A stretch of DNA of 64,000 nucleotides, taken from contig JAQFVV010000007.1 of the NCBI GenBank assembly GCA_028023455.1, positions 10,230,001 to 10,294,000 on the forward strand, written 5' to 3'. Made by a program: the position numbers and the translations under genes. This stretch comes from Epiperipatus broadwayi. Taxonomy: Eukaryota > Animalia > Onychophora. The notes under the pieces are model-generated. The model saw nothing but the letters and a program-made list of their open reading frames with translations. It was not told the DNA's origin and did not search any database. Shown here piece by piece: positions 1-13,804 of the stretch. The stretch's first letter is position 1, and each line of letters starts with the position of its first letter.

Positions 1-110
1 AGAATCACACTGACAGGAATGTGCATCTGAACAGTGTGATATTATTTGAAGAAACATGACCTTTGTCAGTACAGGAATTTACATCTGTCTGACTAAGGAA
101 TCATGCATGT
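1..110 (-). repeat. Interspersed repeat fragment; second copy at ~27180-27275 on + strand
   Basis: Reverse complement of 1-90 (cagacagatgtaaattcctgtactgac...cactgttcagatgcacattcctgtcagtgtg) aligns to cagacaaatgtagtattcctgtactggatg...catgctgttcagatgtacattcctgagagtatg at 27181-27263. Confidence 0.7.
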
Positions 111-2464
111 AATATAATAAAAGAATAACGCTTCATGTGGATGGAAGAATGGTCTACTTGCCATGCTTATTCTCCCAGTCCATAGATCTGGAATGGGTCA
201 ACACACAGGAAATATGTCTGTATCCATTTCAATGATATGACTACCTCTTTGGGGTCTTGCATTTAGTTGGACTCATCATCCTAGGTGCTAACACACTTAA
301 CATTACATTAATATAAACATCCATATATCTCTCCACCAGCATTGACACAACTACGAAACACTCCGAAATCAAAACCCCTTTAAAACTAACATATCTTTAA
401 ACGAGTCTAGCAGTCATCTACGCTCAACTAACATTTAAATCATTTTATTAATTTAATTCTAAAAAAAAAATCTTTAGTTTAAGGTTTTAAAATCATTTCA
501 AAATGACACATTATATTTAACTTATTTTTTTTTTTACTACAAATATTATTTAACCTACTTTTCTTTTAAATGTAATAATGCACAAATAATGATAACTATT
601 TTCATCTTTAAATTTAAGTTTGCAATCGCAAACCCCTACCCTATTACAAACAGATATTAAGCATGAATAAATAAAAGAAAAACAATACATATTTTAGGAA
701 ATTACATTTCAAACTTTAGATAAGCCTTTTAAAATTTCAAAGTTTATAAAATAAAGTTCTGTTTTGATTTGGAAAAAAAGTTTATAGTTCATATTTAAAT
801 AAAATTAAAGTTCGGAGATTTTAGATTGAAGAGTTTATATTTCATATTTATAATTTATACTTTCCTTCCTCCATGCTCGTTCCTTTGTGACAAAGATCTG
901 AGTTATGCAAGGGCCATTTCTTGCGAATGTTGACGATTTTATTAAGATTTCCGAAGACGTTTTATGAAGACAGTTCCAGTGGTTCAATCCTGGGATCTGT
1001 GGAGATGAAGGCTGCCTTTGGCTGGCCATATCGAAGGAAGCACGATGAAGCTGATTACATCTTGGGTGATGGCAATAATAGCTTTTTAAATTTTTATTTC
1101 TACTTTTAGCAAAGATGAATGAATTTAAATTTTTAATTTTCTAATTCTCTAACTAATTATTTCTTTTTAATTCTTCATTTTATAGTCCTCAGGCACCTTA
1201 TCTCTGGAATGCAGGATCAATCAAACATATTCCATATCTCTATTTTATTGGTTTATTGAGTTTGTGACCAAGTAGATTTTGGCTTTCTGCCTACCTGGAT
1301 TTTTTCACTGAGGTCTGTGTCTATATCTTTGGGCGGGGAAAGCAAATCTTTTGATTCTATTCAACCTTTCTAATACTCATTTTCCCCCAAGGATCTGTTT
1401 GTAATTTTTATTTTTAAGATTAAAACTCTCTTCATTATTTAAAGATTAGAATCTTTGTTTCGATTCTATAATTTTTTTAAAGTTTATTTTATTTTAATAT
1501 TTCAATCAAACATATTAATAAATTAATAATTCGTTATTTGTGCATTTGGAAAGTTTGTGTTTTTAATTCTGTATTAGATATTTACAAAAAAGTTAAGTAT
1601 AAGTTAAGTATTAAAATTTAAATGTAACGCATATATATATCCCATTACACTATGTACCTGACATACAGGATATTTGTGTTCAAAGCCAACATTTTTGAAA
1701 TAATAATATTTTTAATTTTTGTGAGAAATAAACCACAAATAATACAACTAATTGGTCATCCATGTTTCATTCTATAATATTTTTCATATGCTATGGCTGT
1801 GATGTCTCTATCATCCCATTTAGGACATCCAAGATGAATTATTTTTTGTGTGTGACTCATAATTAATATTCTGTAAAAGATCATCTATGATTTCAATTGT
1901 ACAAAAAATTGTGAATCTTAATAAATTTTGCATTATCCCAAAAAATTTTTTGAAGCAATCTCATAAAACATGAAATCTGAGAACTATAAAAGAAATTCCT
2001 CAAACATGTTAAGGCAAGTTTAAAAGTTTTTGAAGTCACTGCAATTTCACTTATCCTGATATATTTAGATTTTGCTGTTTGGAATTAAAATAAAATATCA
2101 TAAACTTTGCGATTAAAAAGTCGAAGTGCTTTTCTCGATTTTCGCTTAAAAGTTGTTTGTCACACAAACATATTTACATATAAATATATATGAGAGAGAA
2201 GATATCTCTAACTACCATATATAAGTTAATATCAAGAAACTCATGTTTTACTGCATCACAGACAAAATGTGTCCCACTTTGCTTGCAATCAAAACTTATA
2301 TAAAATATAAGAATCGATAGCAATAATCATTAGAACAAACTTTTATTCGTTGAGATATAGGTCATGACACAAGTGATTGCTGTGGTAGAATCTCTTAGCG
2401 TTTATTTTAATAATTTTGTGGTTAGCCAATACTTTTAAGTAATATGTGAAAAATGTAACAGCAT

Positions 2465-2640
2465 TATGCTCTCATCTCAAGATGCTTCATATTGGCCTAT
2501 ATAAGTGGGAATTTAAGTTAAAGATAATATGGCCTTTCTTATCTTTATAAAGTCATCATCTTGTGTTGAGGTTTGAGATGTCTCTAGTCAAAAAATTACA
2601 TTGTTTGACTATTATAAATGTTGAAGGTGCATATGATAAA
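2465..2640 (+). repeat. Unclassified interspersed repeat; copies at ~33250-33500 (+), 33040-33130 (partial) and ~15835-15970 (-)
   Basis: Shared block ctcaagatgcttcatattggcctatataagtgg...gttaaagataatatggcc...tgaggtttgagatgtc is colinear with 33260-33370; the reverse complement occurs at 15840-15965. Confidence 0.75.
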
Positions 2641-2989
2641 GGTTAAAACCTTTCTCTAATTAATAATATTTATTATTAAAAAATTCAAATTTTTATATTA
2701 TATACTGTTGTTGCAAGTAATTAAAATATTATATAATTTTGACCTAAATAATAATTAATGCAAAATATTAAATATTCTAAATTTAATAAATTAATTTCAG
2801 TGCGTTAATATCTCATATTGGAGTGTGTGTGCATGAGGCATATTTAACAAGCTTTATATATATATATAACTAATACTATTATACACACACAGTCCAATAT
2901 TGAGGGTTTAAATTTAGGTGGGATGGGAGAGTGGTAGAAGATGATGGAATAAACATGACTGAGGTGAAACTCTAAAGATTGGATATCAC

Positions 2990-3310
2990 TTGACCAAACT
3001 CCCCAGGTAGTTTACAAAATGACATGTCCCCAAAATGGCTGTAAAGCATCATATTATGGGGAAACTTGTGCTACTCTGGCTGCCAGAGTTTCACAGCATC
3101 ATTATTTATAAAATAGAGCACGAATCAATTCTGAATGTAGCTCAATATCCTTACAGCATCAAAGCTCCACTGGCTGTGTGTTTGAACCAACTTCAGCAGA
3201 TATATGTCAAACATAAGGCAATAGAGGCATGCTTTATAGCAAATGATGCCAACACCATCAGCTGGAAGGAATCCTGCTTTTCCATTTCTAAAAAAATGGG
3301 CCATTTAAAT
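2990..3310 (+). pseudogene. Decayed Penelope-like GIY-YIG endonuclease coding relic
   Basis: From 3007 reads VVYKMTCPQNGCKASYYGETCATLAARVSQH (GIY-YIG motif VVYxIxC..C...YIGET.R.L..R..EH). After stops/frameshifts it reads SSISLQHQSSTGCVF and KAIEACFIANDANTISWKE, matching the PLE endonuclease C-terminus. Confidence 0.85.
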
Positions 3311-3370
3311 ACATTGCATAAATTTGCATACACTAAGTTTAGACATTCTGTTTACCAGCACATCCATCAT

Positions 3371-3415
3371 GTGCCATGAATATGGGAACCAGACATTCCT
3401 GAAAGTGCTTAGCAT
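3371..3415 (+). ncRNA. Hammerhead-like motif (family E) with A3-U8 variant core, decayed
   Basis: gtgcc ATGAATA t GGGAA ccagaca TTCCT GAAA gtgc T T agca: stem II 5 bp, GAAA core, stem III AGTGCT (near-palindrome AGCGCT). Lies just 3' of the GIY-YIG relic, the usual HHR position in PLEs. Confidence 0.5.
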
Positions 3416-3894
3416 TTATATTTTGTTATATATTCATGTTTTCTGTATTTTAGCACAATATAAACATTACTTTGTTATATGTGAAGTAGAATTAATTATT
3501 TAATTGCAATTACTTAATAAATTTATATTTAAATACCATCTAGAATTGATATAACATTTATGAAGGGGGAAAAATCATATTCAAATATTTTCTGCAATTT
3601 TTATTTTGCTTGCAGACATAATTTAACATTGCAAACTAATTTATAAATATTCATTAGCAAATTCTTTTATTCTTCCAATTCTTCAATCATCTTGTGTGAG
3701 TTTAGTAATCAATAGATGCTAGGTGTTAATGCTTCTTAAGTCATCATCCAATGCTGTCCTATCTAAATATTTTCAGGGTGGTATCTAGCTTATGGCGTTC
3801 ATCAATGCATCTTTCTCTATCAGCCATTTTTTATTTGTTGTTATTCTATCAAGCTATCAACCCAAATTTTTATTTTTTCAATACAAGTCTATTT

Positions 3895-5163
3895 ACATGC
3901 ATAGTTATTACTTTGTAATTCAATACTAGCACTATAAATACATGAACACAAAGCTAATATTTAATATCTTATTAAACCATGGGCTGAGCACTTTTGAGAG
4001 ACATGGCTCTCAAAGTCATAGCTTTTTGTGAAGTAACTGATTGTCTAATGTTATGCAAATCTATGCAAAGTTCAAGTATTCTGTTTCCTGGATATAGAAT
4101 AACACATTTCCTTTCTGTTAATGACATTGCTGTCTATTGTGATAAAGCAGACCTCTTTTATTTTTCTTCTCAAATTGTTTCCCTCTCTGCAAATTAAGCT
4201 GATTATTTGCAGTTTGCATGGATGTCCTGCAAGCTTTTGGTGCTGTGCAAAAATGGAATTGTATGCTAGATCACAGTGCCTTAGTATACAAATATTTATG
4301 TTGAGATATTCTAGTTTCCAGTGCTGCTTTGGTCTTCGCATTGTATGAGGCTTTACAATTTTTGTCAGAGCATACAATGTTGTAGACCACTTGCAGAGTT
4401 TGAATGAGAATTAATCAGTCTTTTGTGTTATTGATTAGTCTGTTTGAACCAGGAGGGGTATGAAAGCACAACTGAAAGCTTCTATTGAAAATTGAACAAA
4501 ATTTTTTGTGCATGTTTGGTATGTATGACAGTAATAGCCTCTGTCTAGTTAGTGCATATACTAACCTGTTTGCTGTGATATTACTAACAGTTGAATGCAT
4601 TTGGAATATTTAACTAAATTTAACCTTTTCTAAACACATTCAACATACATATTAGATGATGGAAATAGTCCAATATAAAAATACAGCTGTATGATCTTTT
4701 TGTTGATGATGCCCTGTAAAGCCTCATACTGTGGGGAGACTAAAGCAGCACTGGAAACTAGATTATCTTAACATAAATATTCATATCACAATCTGATCCA
4801 GCACACAATTCCATTTCGACACAGCACCAAAAGCTTGCAGGACATTCATGTGAATCACAAATAATCAGCTTAGTCTGCAGAGAGGGAAATAATTTGAGAA
4901 GAAAAATAAGAGGCCTACTTTATTGTTATAGACAGCAATGCCATTAACAGAAAGAAAACATGTTATCCTATATCCAGAAACGGAATACTTGAATATTGCA
5001 TAGATTTGCATAACATTAGACAATACGTTACTTCACAAAGAGTTATGATTATGAGACTCTCAAAAGCACTCAGCCCATTGTTTAATAAGATATTAAATAT
5101 TAGCTTTGTGTTTATGGATTTATAGTGCTAATTTTGAATTACAGAATATTAACCAAACATGCA
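3895..5163. mobile_element. Fold-back (inverted pair) of PLE 3' ends, family E: arms ~3895-4278 (-) and ~4787-5163 (+)
   Basis: Arms are reverse complements (e.g. gcaaatctatgcaaagttcaagtattc / gaatacttgaatattgcatagatttgc). Minus ORF 4072-4377 contains SIFAQHQKLAGH...CREGNNLRRKIKEVCFITIDSNVINRKE, a GIY-YIG C-terminus. HHR-like motifs at 3983-4023 (-) and 5042-5074 (+). Confidence 0.85.
4545..4680 (+). repeat. PLE terminal repeat, family D, inside the spacer of the family E fold-back
   Basis: gtgcatatactaacctgtttgctgtgatattactaacagttgaatgcatttggaatatt...tattagatgatggaaatagtcc also occurs at 14740-14850 (+), 12316-12425 (-) and 38681-38910. Confidence 0.8.
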
Positions 5164-6644
5164 AAGTTTAAAATTAAGTTCATATTACAACGATACATAG
5201 TTATGCAAATATGAACTCAGTTTAGTTTCTATATATTAAGGTGGACTTACCCTTTTTGTAATCTTTGTCATTTTTATTCTTTGGACAGAGTTAATACAAA
5301 TCCAATAATACATCATATGATCATCAGACAAAAGAATAGGTCGAATAAAATAATTTACTAATGAATATGTGTAAGTATCAATTGTGGACAAATGTTCACC
5401 TTAATATATAGAAAGTGAAACAATTTCATATCTATATTCCTGAAAGAAAATAGGCTTTGATAAAAAATTGAAAAGCTTTTTAATTTGGGCTAGTTGTTTG
5501 ATATATGACAAAAAGTAAAAAAATGACCATTAGAGCAAAAGTGCATTAAATCCAAAATGTCATGCACTTGTCAACAAAATCTTAAGGCTCCTCATTGATG
5601 GAAGCTATAAGCTAAAATCTAGTCTGGAGATATTTAGATAGGAAAACACTAGATAAAATAAGCACTGCTATCTGGCAACTATTGGTTACTAAAGCCTACA
5701 CTAGATGGCATAAGAGTAGATAAAATAAAAAGAATTTGCTAGTGTATATCAATATGTGTAAACTAAAATTATGGGATGTTTTGTTGATTCATGTAATGAA
5801 TTTATAAGAAGTTATTAAAAAAGGCATAAAACTAATTTATAAACAAATCTCTGTTCCATAAAATTTTATATTTCATCAAATATGATGACAAGGTATTAGG
5901 GAAATAATGATGGGATTGAAATGATTAACAGCATCCAAAGAAAGTTTATGATTTTATTAGAATAGATTTTCAACAATGTTTGGTTGGTGGATAAAGTCAA
6001 AAAGTTGATATTTTCTATTATATTATTGGCTTTAAAGACCCTAAAAGTGGTTCTGATGTGGATATAAACAAAAATGGATCAGAAGTGTAATATGTTGTTG
6101 AGGGAAGAAAGAGGAACTGCTGGTATCATTGGGATAGATATATTCTTAAAAGAAGTGGCAGTTGTTTGACAATTATTGCAACTAATAGCTGGGAGAGTAC
6201 CAGACTCATTAGCTTGAGGTCTGTTGTTCAAACTTTACATGAACTGAACAACTTATCAATCTTTTACTATTATTGGAATAAACTCTGCCAATGAATCTTT
6301 AATAATTAAAATTTAAGATGATGCTGTGGTGTGCATTCATTTAAAATAATTTTACATGAGGAGAATAAGTGTTACCAGTAGATTCACATATATATGCATG
6401 TTAGGCATAAATTTTTTTGCAGTAGAGATTGATACAATCAAATAAAAAATAGTTTGCCATGCCTTGCCATATCTATTGTAAATAATAATAATGATAATAA
6501 TTATAATATTATCATCCTCATCATTATCAAATAGTTTTATTTCTTGGGAATTCATAAGAAATTTAAGCTTGGAAAGTGTTGGAGTGAGAATCAATCTGAG
6601 AACCTTTTCACTTCAGAGTGGGCAATTATTAAAAAATATAACTT

Positions 6645-6760
6645 ACCATCTTCACTTTCAACCATCAAGTCGACCCATTGCAGGATAAAGGTCTCTTCAC
6701 ATTTGGTTGTTTTTTGGTCTCTAGACATTATTCTCCACATCTCACTAGAAAACTTCACTA
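6645..6760 (-). mobile_element. RTE LINE 3'-end fragment
   Basis: acccattgcaggataaaggtctcttcac...ttctccacatc matches the 3' end of the intact RTE (atccactgcaggatgaaggtctctcc...ttctccacatc, 51276-51346). Confidence 0.7.
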
Positions 6761-7373
6761 TGACACTTAGATGTAATAAATTAAAAGTAATATTAATATC
6801 GCTTTACGCACTGAAAAATTATTGAAAACATTAAATATAATCATCCATTGTTGGTACTCAGCATCCTTATTAATTAAAAGCAGTTATTGTAATTTTCCAT
6901 TATTATTCGGGATATAATAGACACATTTGTCAAGGATTCTCAGGATAAAAAATACATCATGGTTATATGTAATGCTTTCAATATTTCCTCAGTGTACAAA
7001 TCAGTATTAGTATTTCCTTGAATTTGTTAGATATAAATAAAATAATAGTTTATCCTAATATATCTAAAATACCCGTTATATTAATATATGTATTAATAAA
7101 TATAAAACAATATGCGGTAATTATCAGTAATTTTAAATATCGCTGTAGTACTCTAGTAGGCTATATCTTCATTGCATATAATATTATAGGCCAAATTTTG
7201 ACCGAAGAAATAGTTTGGAGTGTTAAAATTTACGAATTTTTTAAAATCAAGATAGAAAAACTGTTCTCTTTATGTAATTTTAAACGTAGACCTCTTAAAT
7301 TTTATTTCTTATTATCGGAGAAGGAAATGTTATTACATTTCTATATATTTTTAGTTTTTATGTTAATGTTTTT

Positions 7374-7374
<1 letters not shown>

Positions 7375-7410
<36 letters not shown>

Positions 7411-7444
7411 CTACATTATTATTATTATTCTAAGAGTTATTATT
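7375..7444. repeat. (ATT)n microsatellite
   Basis: Direct reading of tattattattatt run with short interruptions. Confidence 0.95.
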
Positions 7445-9240
7445 AGCTTTGATATTATTATCTGTTCCTGAAACAGGATTTGTTGAAATAAAATTGAATA
7501 AAGAGAGAGAAAAGTATAGTAAAGTAAGTTCTGAATTTGAATTATTGCATTACTGAAGTCTGTAGATTCCATCAAGAGATGATTATTAGCTTGTTCAATT
7601 TGCATGAATTGAGAAGTCTGTTGGACAGAGATTTCATCTGTTCTAAATCACAAGACCGACTTGTGCGGTAGGAAACCAGCTCTGGATTAAAATTAAGTAA
7701 AAATTAAATTTTAGTCTAAAGCTTAACCCTATAACTGACTTACTTTTTCTATATTTTTAAATTTATACAGATGTAAATTATTTTCCTCTTCCCATGCACT
7801 TTCACTTATAAAAAAAGTTCAGTGTCTCTTAATAATTTATTAGCTTTGATAAAAAAATAAAACTTTACTTACTCTTGTTTACTAAATGAAAATTTTTTTA
7901 AAAGTTTATTTATTTAATTACTCTCTTTATTTTATTGACCGCTTCGTAATATTCATTAGATTGCTTTGATAAGTTGGCTCAAGGAGCGGAATGATCTGCT
8001 TGTAAGCAAAAGAATACAAAACTGGTTCCCGAATAAGGAGAAAGTGGGATTTTGGTCTGGCCCTCGGCAAACTACAGTTTGTGAGCCAAATGTGGTTCTT
8101 TAATCCCCATCCCATGTTTTTTTTTTAATCATGATAAACTACACACATTTTTTTACTTTTTCTTGTAATTTGCAAATAAATATTTTGATGACTCTAGGAG
8201 AGCAAAAATGCACATTACAACATTGTAACTTAAATTTGGCCTTATTATAGAATAGTAATTATAGTATATGATGAATATTTAAATATTAGAAATTTGTGAA
8301 TAAATCAAACTGCCAGAATAATTTTTTATTTTTTTATTTTTAAGAGAATTTCATTAGGATGTTTACAGATTTTATGTTCTATTTATTAAATTCAAAACAA
8401 ATGTTCAAATATATCCACAGCTATTCAGAAATTTATATTTTTCATGAATATATCTATCATCTCTTTCCTCATGGCTTTTTAATAGAGGGGGGGGGAGGCT
8501 GGCTCTTTTTGTGGCTTTTTAATGGGGACGGGATATATCTCTTTCCTTCAGCTCTTTAAGGTGGGAGGGGGGGGATTTAAACAAAATGGCTGGTTTTTCG
8601 TGTTAAAAATTTTGTTAAATCCTGGTCTGACCTATTGAGAGAGAATTTTTATGTACTACTACATTAATTAGTGTGTGTCTCTTGATCTTTTACGCAAATG
8701 ATAATTAAATTAAAAAAAAAAAATTATACTCTATACGTTAATTAGTTATTAAAAATAATAAAATTCCTGAAATGAATAATATTTTTCCTTAATTTCTTAC
8801 ACAGATCTCAAAACTAGGGAACGTTGGATTAAACTTTTTTCATAACATGTGGAAAAAATTTTGTCAAACGTAATTTTTTGATGAACATAATTATAATAAT
8901 TTTATTTAAATAAATATATACAATACAGTAGTTCACAACGGTAATATATTTATATATAATGTTAAATGCAATCATTTTTATTTTAAATAGTAAATGCTAG
9001 TGTAATAAATAATACACATGCCCACTTCAGCATTGGCAATACAATAAGAAAATGAATCACTTATTGGTTTTCTTTCAGGTAAAAAAGATTGTCTTGAATA
9101 CTTTAGGCAGAGAAAATGAATATTAGTCAATCGAATTATTTATTATATTTAATTCCAGTGTAAGATATTTAATACATTTTGCACATGTATGTTGATATGC
9201 TTTATGAAGTGTTTAATTATTTTTTTGCTTTTGTTTTTTC

Positions 9241-9536
9241 ATTCAACTTAATATATTTTCAGTAGTGTGCACCCCAATAATAACTGTTTTAGTTTATTCA
9301 GTATGCTATTTTATAGTGGCTGTTATTAATATGTAAATGAGCTGATTTGCATATTCCAGCAGTTGTATAATTGGATGCTAATAAAAGAGCTAATAGCACA
9401 ACAATGATCGAACTATTGGAATATGCAAATCAGTTTGTTTACATATTAATAACATACACTACAAAATAGCATACTGAATAAAAAAAAAACAGCTATAATT
9501 ATGGTGCACAGTACTGAAAATATATTAAGCTGAATA
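9241..9536. repeat. Fold-back/MITE-like inverted repeat, ~125-bp arms, ~50-bp spacer
   Basis: attcaacttaatatattttcagtagtgtgcacc...gctgatttgcatattcca pairs with tggaatatgcaaatcagt...ggtgcacagtactgaaaatatattaagctgaat. Confidence 0.85.
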
Positions 9537-11312
9537 AAAAACCAAAGTCATTGAAGAAAGAATAAATACAACTTTGTAAAACATGTCAACATACATATTG
9601 TTATATATTCAAATGCAATCACTCCAAATACCAACAAACAAAACAATAAATAATAATAATAGTGAAAATCTGCAACATAATATATATATATACATAGTTC
9701 ACATTGGTTTACTGCCCATGATGAGTTATTGCTACACTCACAACACAATATATATATATATATATAGTTCATTTTGGTTCACTTCCCCTGATGCACTTTA
9801 CAACTGTCTGTTTACTTGACAGTTTCCTCTGGACTCAGTTTTTTCAAAACTCTTGGGCCCAGTTTGGCTGTTGATTCCAAACACATTTTCATACTAGAGT
9901 GCTGCAAAATCACTTAAGCTTCTTTCAGCTACATGCACTTTCGTCTCTCTGCAACCATTCACTTGGTAACTCACTGGAAGTGGAAGAATGCACTTTGTTT
10001 CTCAAACTATTTATAGTCCTCTGTTGGTCTCCAGCAATCCAAGGTTCATCCTTGATGTTATCAGTCTTGAATTCCTCTTTGTGTTTTTAATTATGCTTAC
10101 AATTAATTCATATTATATCAAGAAATATTTGCAATTAGCAAATATATTTTTTCACATTTATTGAATGCAATGTTCATATTGCAAATAAATAAATCTAATT
10201 ATTAACTAAATTTAACACTTACCAGTGATCTAACAAAGAATAAATATTTTTCTTTATATATTTTTTACTTTTTCTGGAGTACAAAACTTAGATGTCAATG
10301 TAAATACTTTTACAAAACACTACACAAAATGTTTAACATGTTAAATCACAACTTTGATATATATAATGTGGGAGTATATATTATTTATTGTAATTAGCCT
10401 TTACTATTTAAAAAAATGATTGTATTCAATATTATATATTCTTACTGTACATCTAGGTCATTTAAATGTTTATTTATAAATTTAAAATAAGAATTTCCTT
10501 TCTTTGTTAAATAAAAAAAATCAATCTGTTTAATAAATATTTTGTAATAAATAACTGGATTGATTAATATTCATACATTTCTACCTTAAATATTCAAGAC
10601 AATCTTTACTATATATGAGAACTAATAGAAAAGGAGAATCATTTTTTTTGTTATCGTATTGTCGAACATTGAAGTAGAGACAGGTTATATTTATTATAAC
10701 TACATTTACTATTTTAAAAATAAGATTATATTTAATGTTATTAAACTTTAAGTACCAACTGTCAACTGATTGTTATATGTGAATCACATGACACAAGCTT
10801 CAAGTTTAAACCAATCAATATCAATCTGTTGGCATAGTAACAGTTCAGATAATACATAAAAACCACTACTACTCTTAAATAAGATTTTAAATAGATTGTA
10901 AATGAAAGCAATGATTGGATCAAATTAAAATTAAATCTGCTTAGAAATTTTTAAATAAATATGAACACAATGAACACAAATAAGCTGTTCACTGATAAAT
11001 TTATAAATAATCAATTGTACATTTCCAACAAAGTAATATACGATACTTTAAATATAATAAACAATAAATGTTAACAACTACCTGGGTTATCACAGATAAA
11101 TCACATAGCACAAACTTTATGCTTAAATAAACTCATAGCATTCTGTTGATAAAACAACACTATAGTGATGCAGTAAATAGAAATTATTTCTTACTCGTAT
11201 CTAAGATTTTAAATAGATTATAAATAAAAACAATCACTGAAACAGATTAAAATTAAATTTGCCTAGAGGTTTTCAGTAAACTTTGATATTTTACACAAAC
11301 ATAAAATAGACA

Positions 11313-11960
11313 AATTAATATTTGTATTAATCATCCATAGACTAGAGACTATCCATTTAATAAAAAAAATATGTTTTTAGTGTAATTTTTACTATACCAT
11401 CCTCACACAAGATAGGGACTGGTTTCTATCCACTTTTAACATTTTGTGGAGAGGTGTAATCATAAACATGTCATATGTTTATAATTACACTTCTCCACAA
11501 GGTGTTAAAAATGTGTAGAAATCATTCCCTTCTTTGCTTGATAGTGATGCAGTGAAAATTTACACTACAGAAATAATATTCACTAAAAGAATATCTTGTC
11601 TAATGAATGATTAATAAAAATTATTGATACACTTCCAACAAATAGTTTGTGCCAAAGTTGTGAGAGCAGACAGTTTGACACTAATCAATTAAACTGTAGT
11701 AACTTTCTGTCTATATACATTGAACTGTGATATATGTGTAAGAGAATGTGACATGGGCCAACTGATGAGTGTTGGTGCAGCACAAAATGTGCATCATGAG
11801 GAAATCCATTTTTTCACATATCTTTGGGATGATATGTTTATGATTACACCCCTTCACAAGGTGTTAAACATGAACATAAACCAGTCCCTATCTTGCATGA
11901 GAGTGGTGTAGTGAAAATTACTCTATAGAAATATTATTCATGAAATAAAATAGGTAGATT
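11313..11960. mobile_element. Family A' non-autonomous PLE/retrozyme-like element: inverted copy (11313-11469) plus tandem + strand copies (~357-bp period); HHR relic at 11757-11800
   Basis: Palindrome centred ~11472 (cataaacat / atgtttata). atatgttta..attacac recurs at ~11473 and ~11832. Motif ccaa CTGATGA gtgtt ggtgc agcac AAAA tgtgca tc. Confidence 0.8.
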
Positions 11961-13621
11961 TAGTTTTAATTAGTTTCAGCCATTTTTATTTACAATCTAT
12001 TTAAAGTCATAGATAAGTTAGTAAATGGTTTCCATTTATTCTCTGGTAGTGTAGTGGTCTTGACAACACATTATTATTGGTTTATTAAAGCATGAAGTCT
12101 GTTGTTTTACACACACGTATTAATGCCTTTAATTCTAAACTAATTAAAGTGACAATGATTAGTGAATGATTGTTTCTGCTTTACAGTTTTAATCCAAAAT
12201 CATTTTTAATTATTTTTCTGAGCTATTGAACTTTTTTCTTGAATCACTGCATTGCTTCAGAAAGTCCAATTATTCTGACAAACAAAGAATGTTGCATTGT
12301 TGTTTCCTTTTAATTAAGTATCATCTTATATGAGTATTGAATGTCTTTAAAAATATTTAACTTTATTTAAATATTCCAAAATACATTCAACTGTTAGTAA
12401 TATTACACAGGTTAGTATATGCACAACATTTTGAGAGACATCCTTTTCTGTTCTTCACATGTTGATGGCCTCACCAGTGACAGTACTAGCATGAGAATCA
12501 AACCTGGATCCTTAGATTTTTGAATATTGAATTTTAAAGTAATACTCTAACCAAATGAGCCATCCTGCCAAAGGCAACAGTCAGTAGAAATTTCATATAC
12601 TTATCTATGAGGTTCCTCCTGATTTTTCCACCTTTTCCTTAGAGTAAATTTGATAAGTGGTTTCCATATATTGTGTATAGTCACACTATGTTGAGTTATG
12701 AGTTTGATTGCCATTGTCATGTGAGCAGCTTCTTATAATTTTTTTATATCTCTATCCAATATTTTTGTATTTTTGCAATTGAACATATGTTCACTGGTAT
12801 ACACACATTTAGACACATCAGTTTGTGTCTTTGCAAGAACTTTTCAATGAGATGACAGATCACACCAATACACTTTCTTTCATATTCACATTCCATTTCA
12901 CATTTAGGCTTTGTAGATGTTAGAATTCCTTGAGCATGGTATGGCTCTGGAAAGTTGTTCTCATGTTATATTAATTGCAGGTTTTCCTTAATTTATCTTC
13001 TATTTTTTGCCATGTATGGCTACCCTACAGTACCAATAACTGTTTTTTCTTTTGATGTTTTTTTTGTGTCTATTTAAGATTTTTTTAATAACAGCTGATA
13101 AATAATCATTTTTTATAACAGTTAGTTCTATATAAATGATTTCTTTTTTCCTCTGAACAAACTTCTTTTGCACTGTTCCATAGTGGTAGTATCACTCCAT
13201 GTTTTGTGTTTCTGGTGTAATTGGATGTATATATGTGTGGGTTTTCTGTAAAGTGTAGTTTTGATTCTGTCATGAGGGAATCTAGTCACAAGAATATCTA
13301 AGAATGCCAATTTTTGTTCTTGTTCTGATTCTATTGTAAATTTTATTGAAGAGGATATGTTGTTGATATGTTTTCAGCAAGTTTGTAGTAGTGCTTTACC
13401 ATGGACCATACAACAAATGTATCACCTACATATTGAAGCCAAACTTTAAGTGGCTATAGAGTAGTCTTTATGGCTGTGATTTCAAGTTCTTCCATGTAAA
13501 TATTGCTAATCAGGGATGACAATGGTAAACCCATAAACATTATACTTGATTTTGTTGGAAGAATTCTGTGTTATATTGAAAGTAGGTTGTTTTATATAAA
13601 ATATTAATAGTTTCATTAGAT

Positions 13622-13804
13622 CAGTGGCTCTCAACCTTCCTAATGCCTGACCCTTTAATACTGTTCTTTATGTTGTGGTGACCCCCAACCTGTAATTTTG
13701 TTACTGTTATGAATTGAAAATGTGTTTTCTAATGGTTAGGTGATCCCTGTGAAAGGGTTGTTCGACCCTCAAAGGGGTCATTACCCACAGGTTGAGAACC
13801 ATTG
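13622..13804. mobile_element. Non-autonomous hAT (Charlie group) MITE, SPIN/URR1-like
   Basis: TIRs cagtggctctcaacc / ggttgagaaccattg. 8-bp TSD cattagat (13614-13621) / cattagtt (13805-13812). Internal sequence (aaccttcctaatgc, gaccctttaata, gttgtggtgacccccaacc, gaaagggttgttcgacc, aaaggggtc) follows the URR1/SPIN consensus as I recall it. Confidence 0.85.

Noticed and set aside
835-1109. Overlapping short ORFs in a GC-richer patch as a host exon
   Set aside because: No recognisable domain and no convincing splice-site pair; kept only as a CpG-retaining patch
7018-7446. 142-aa ORF
   Set aside because: Low-complexity AT-rich reading ending in a poly-Tyr from the (ATT)n microsatellite
7951-7992. 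Possible micro-exon IALISWLKERNDLL between tag and gtaagc
   Set aside because: Weak polypyrimidine tract and no homology I can recognise
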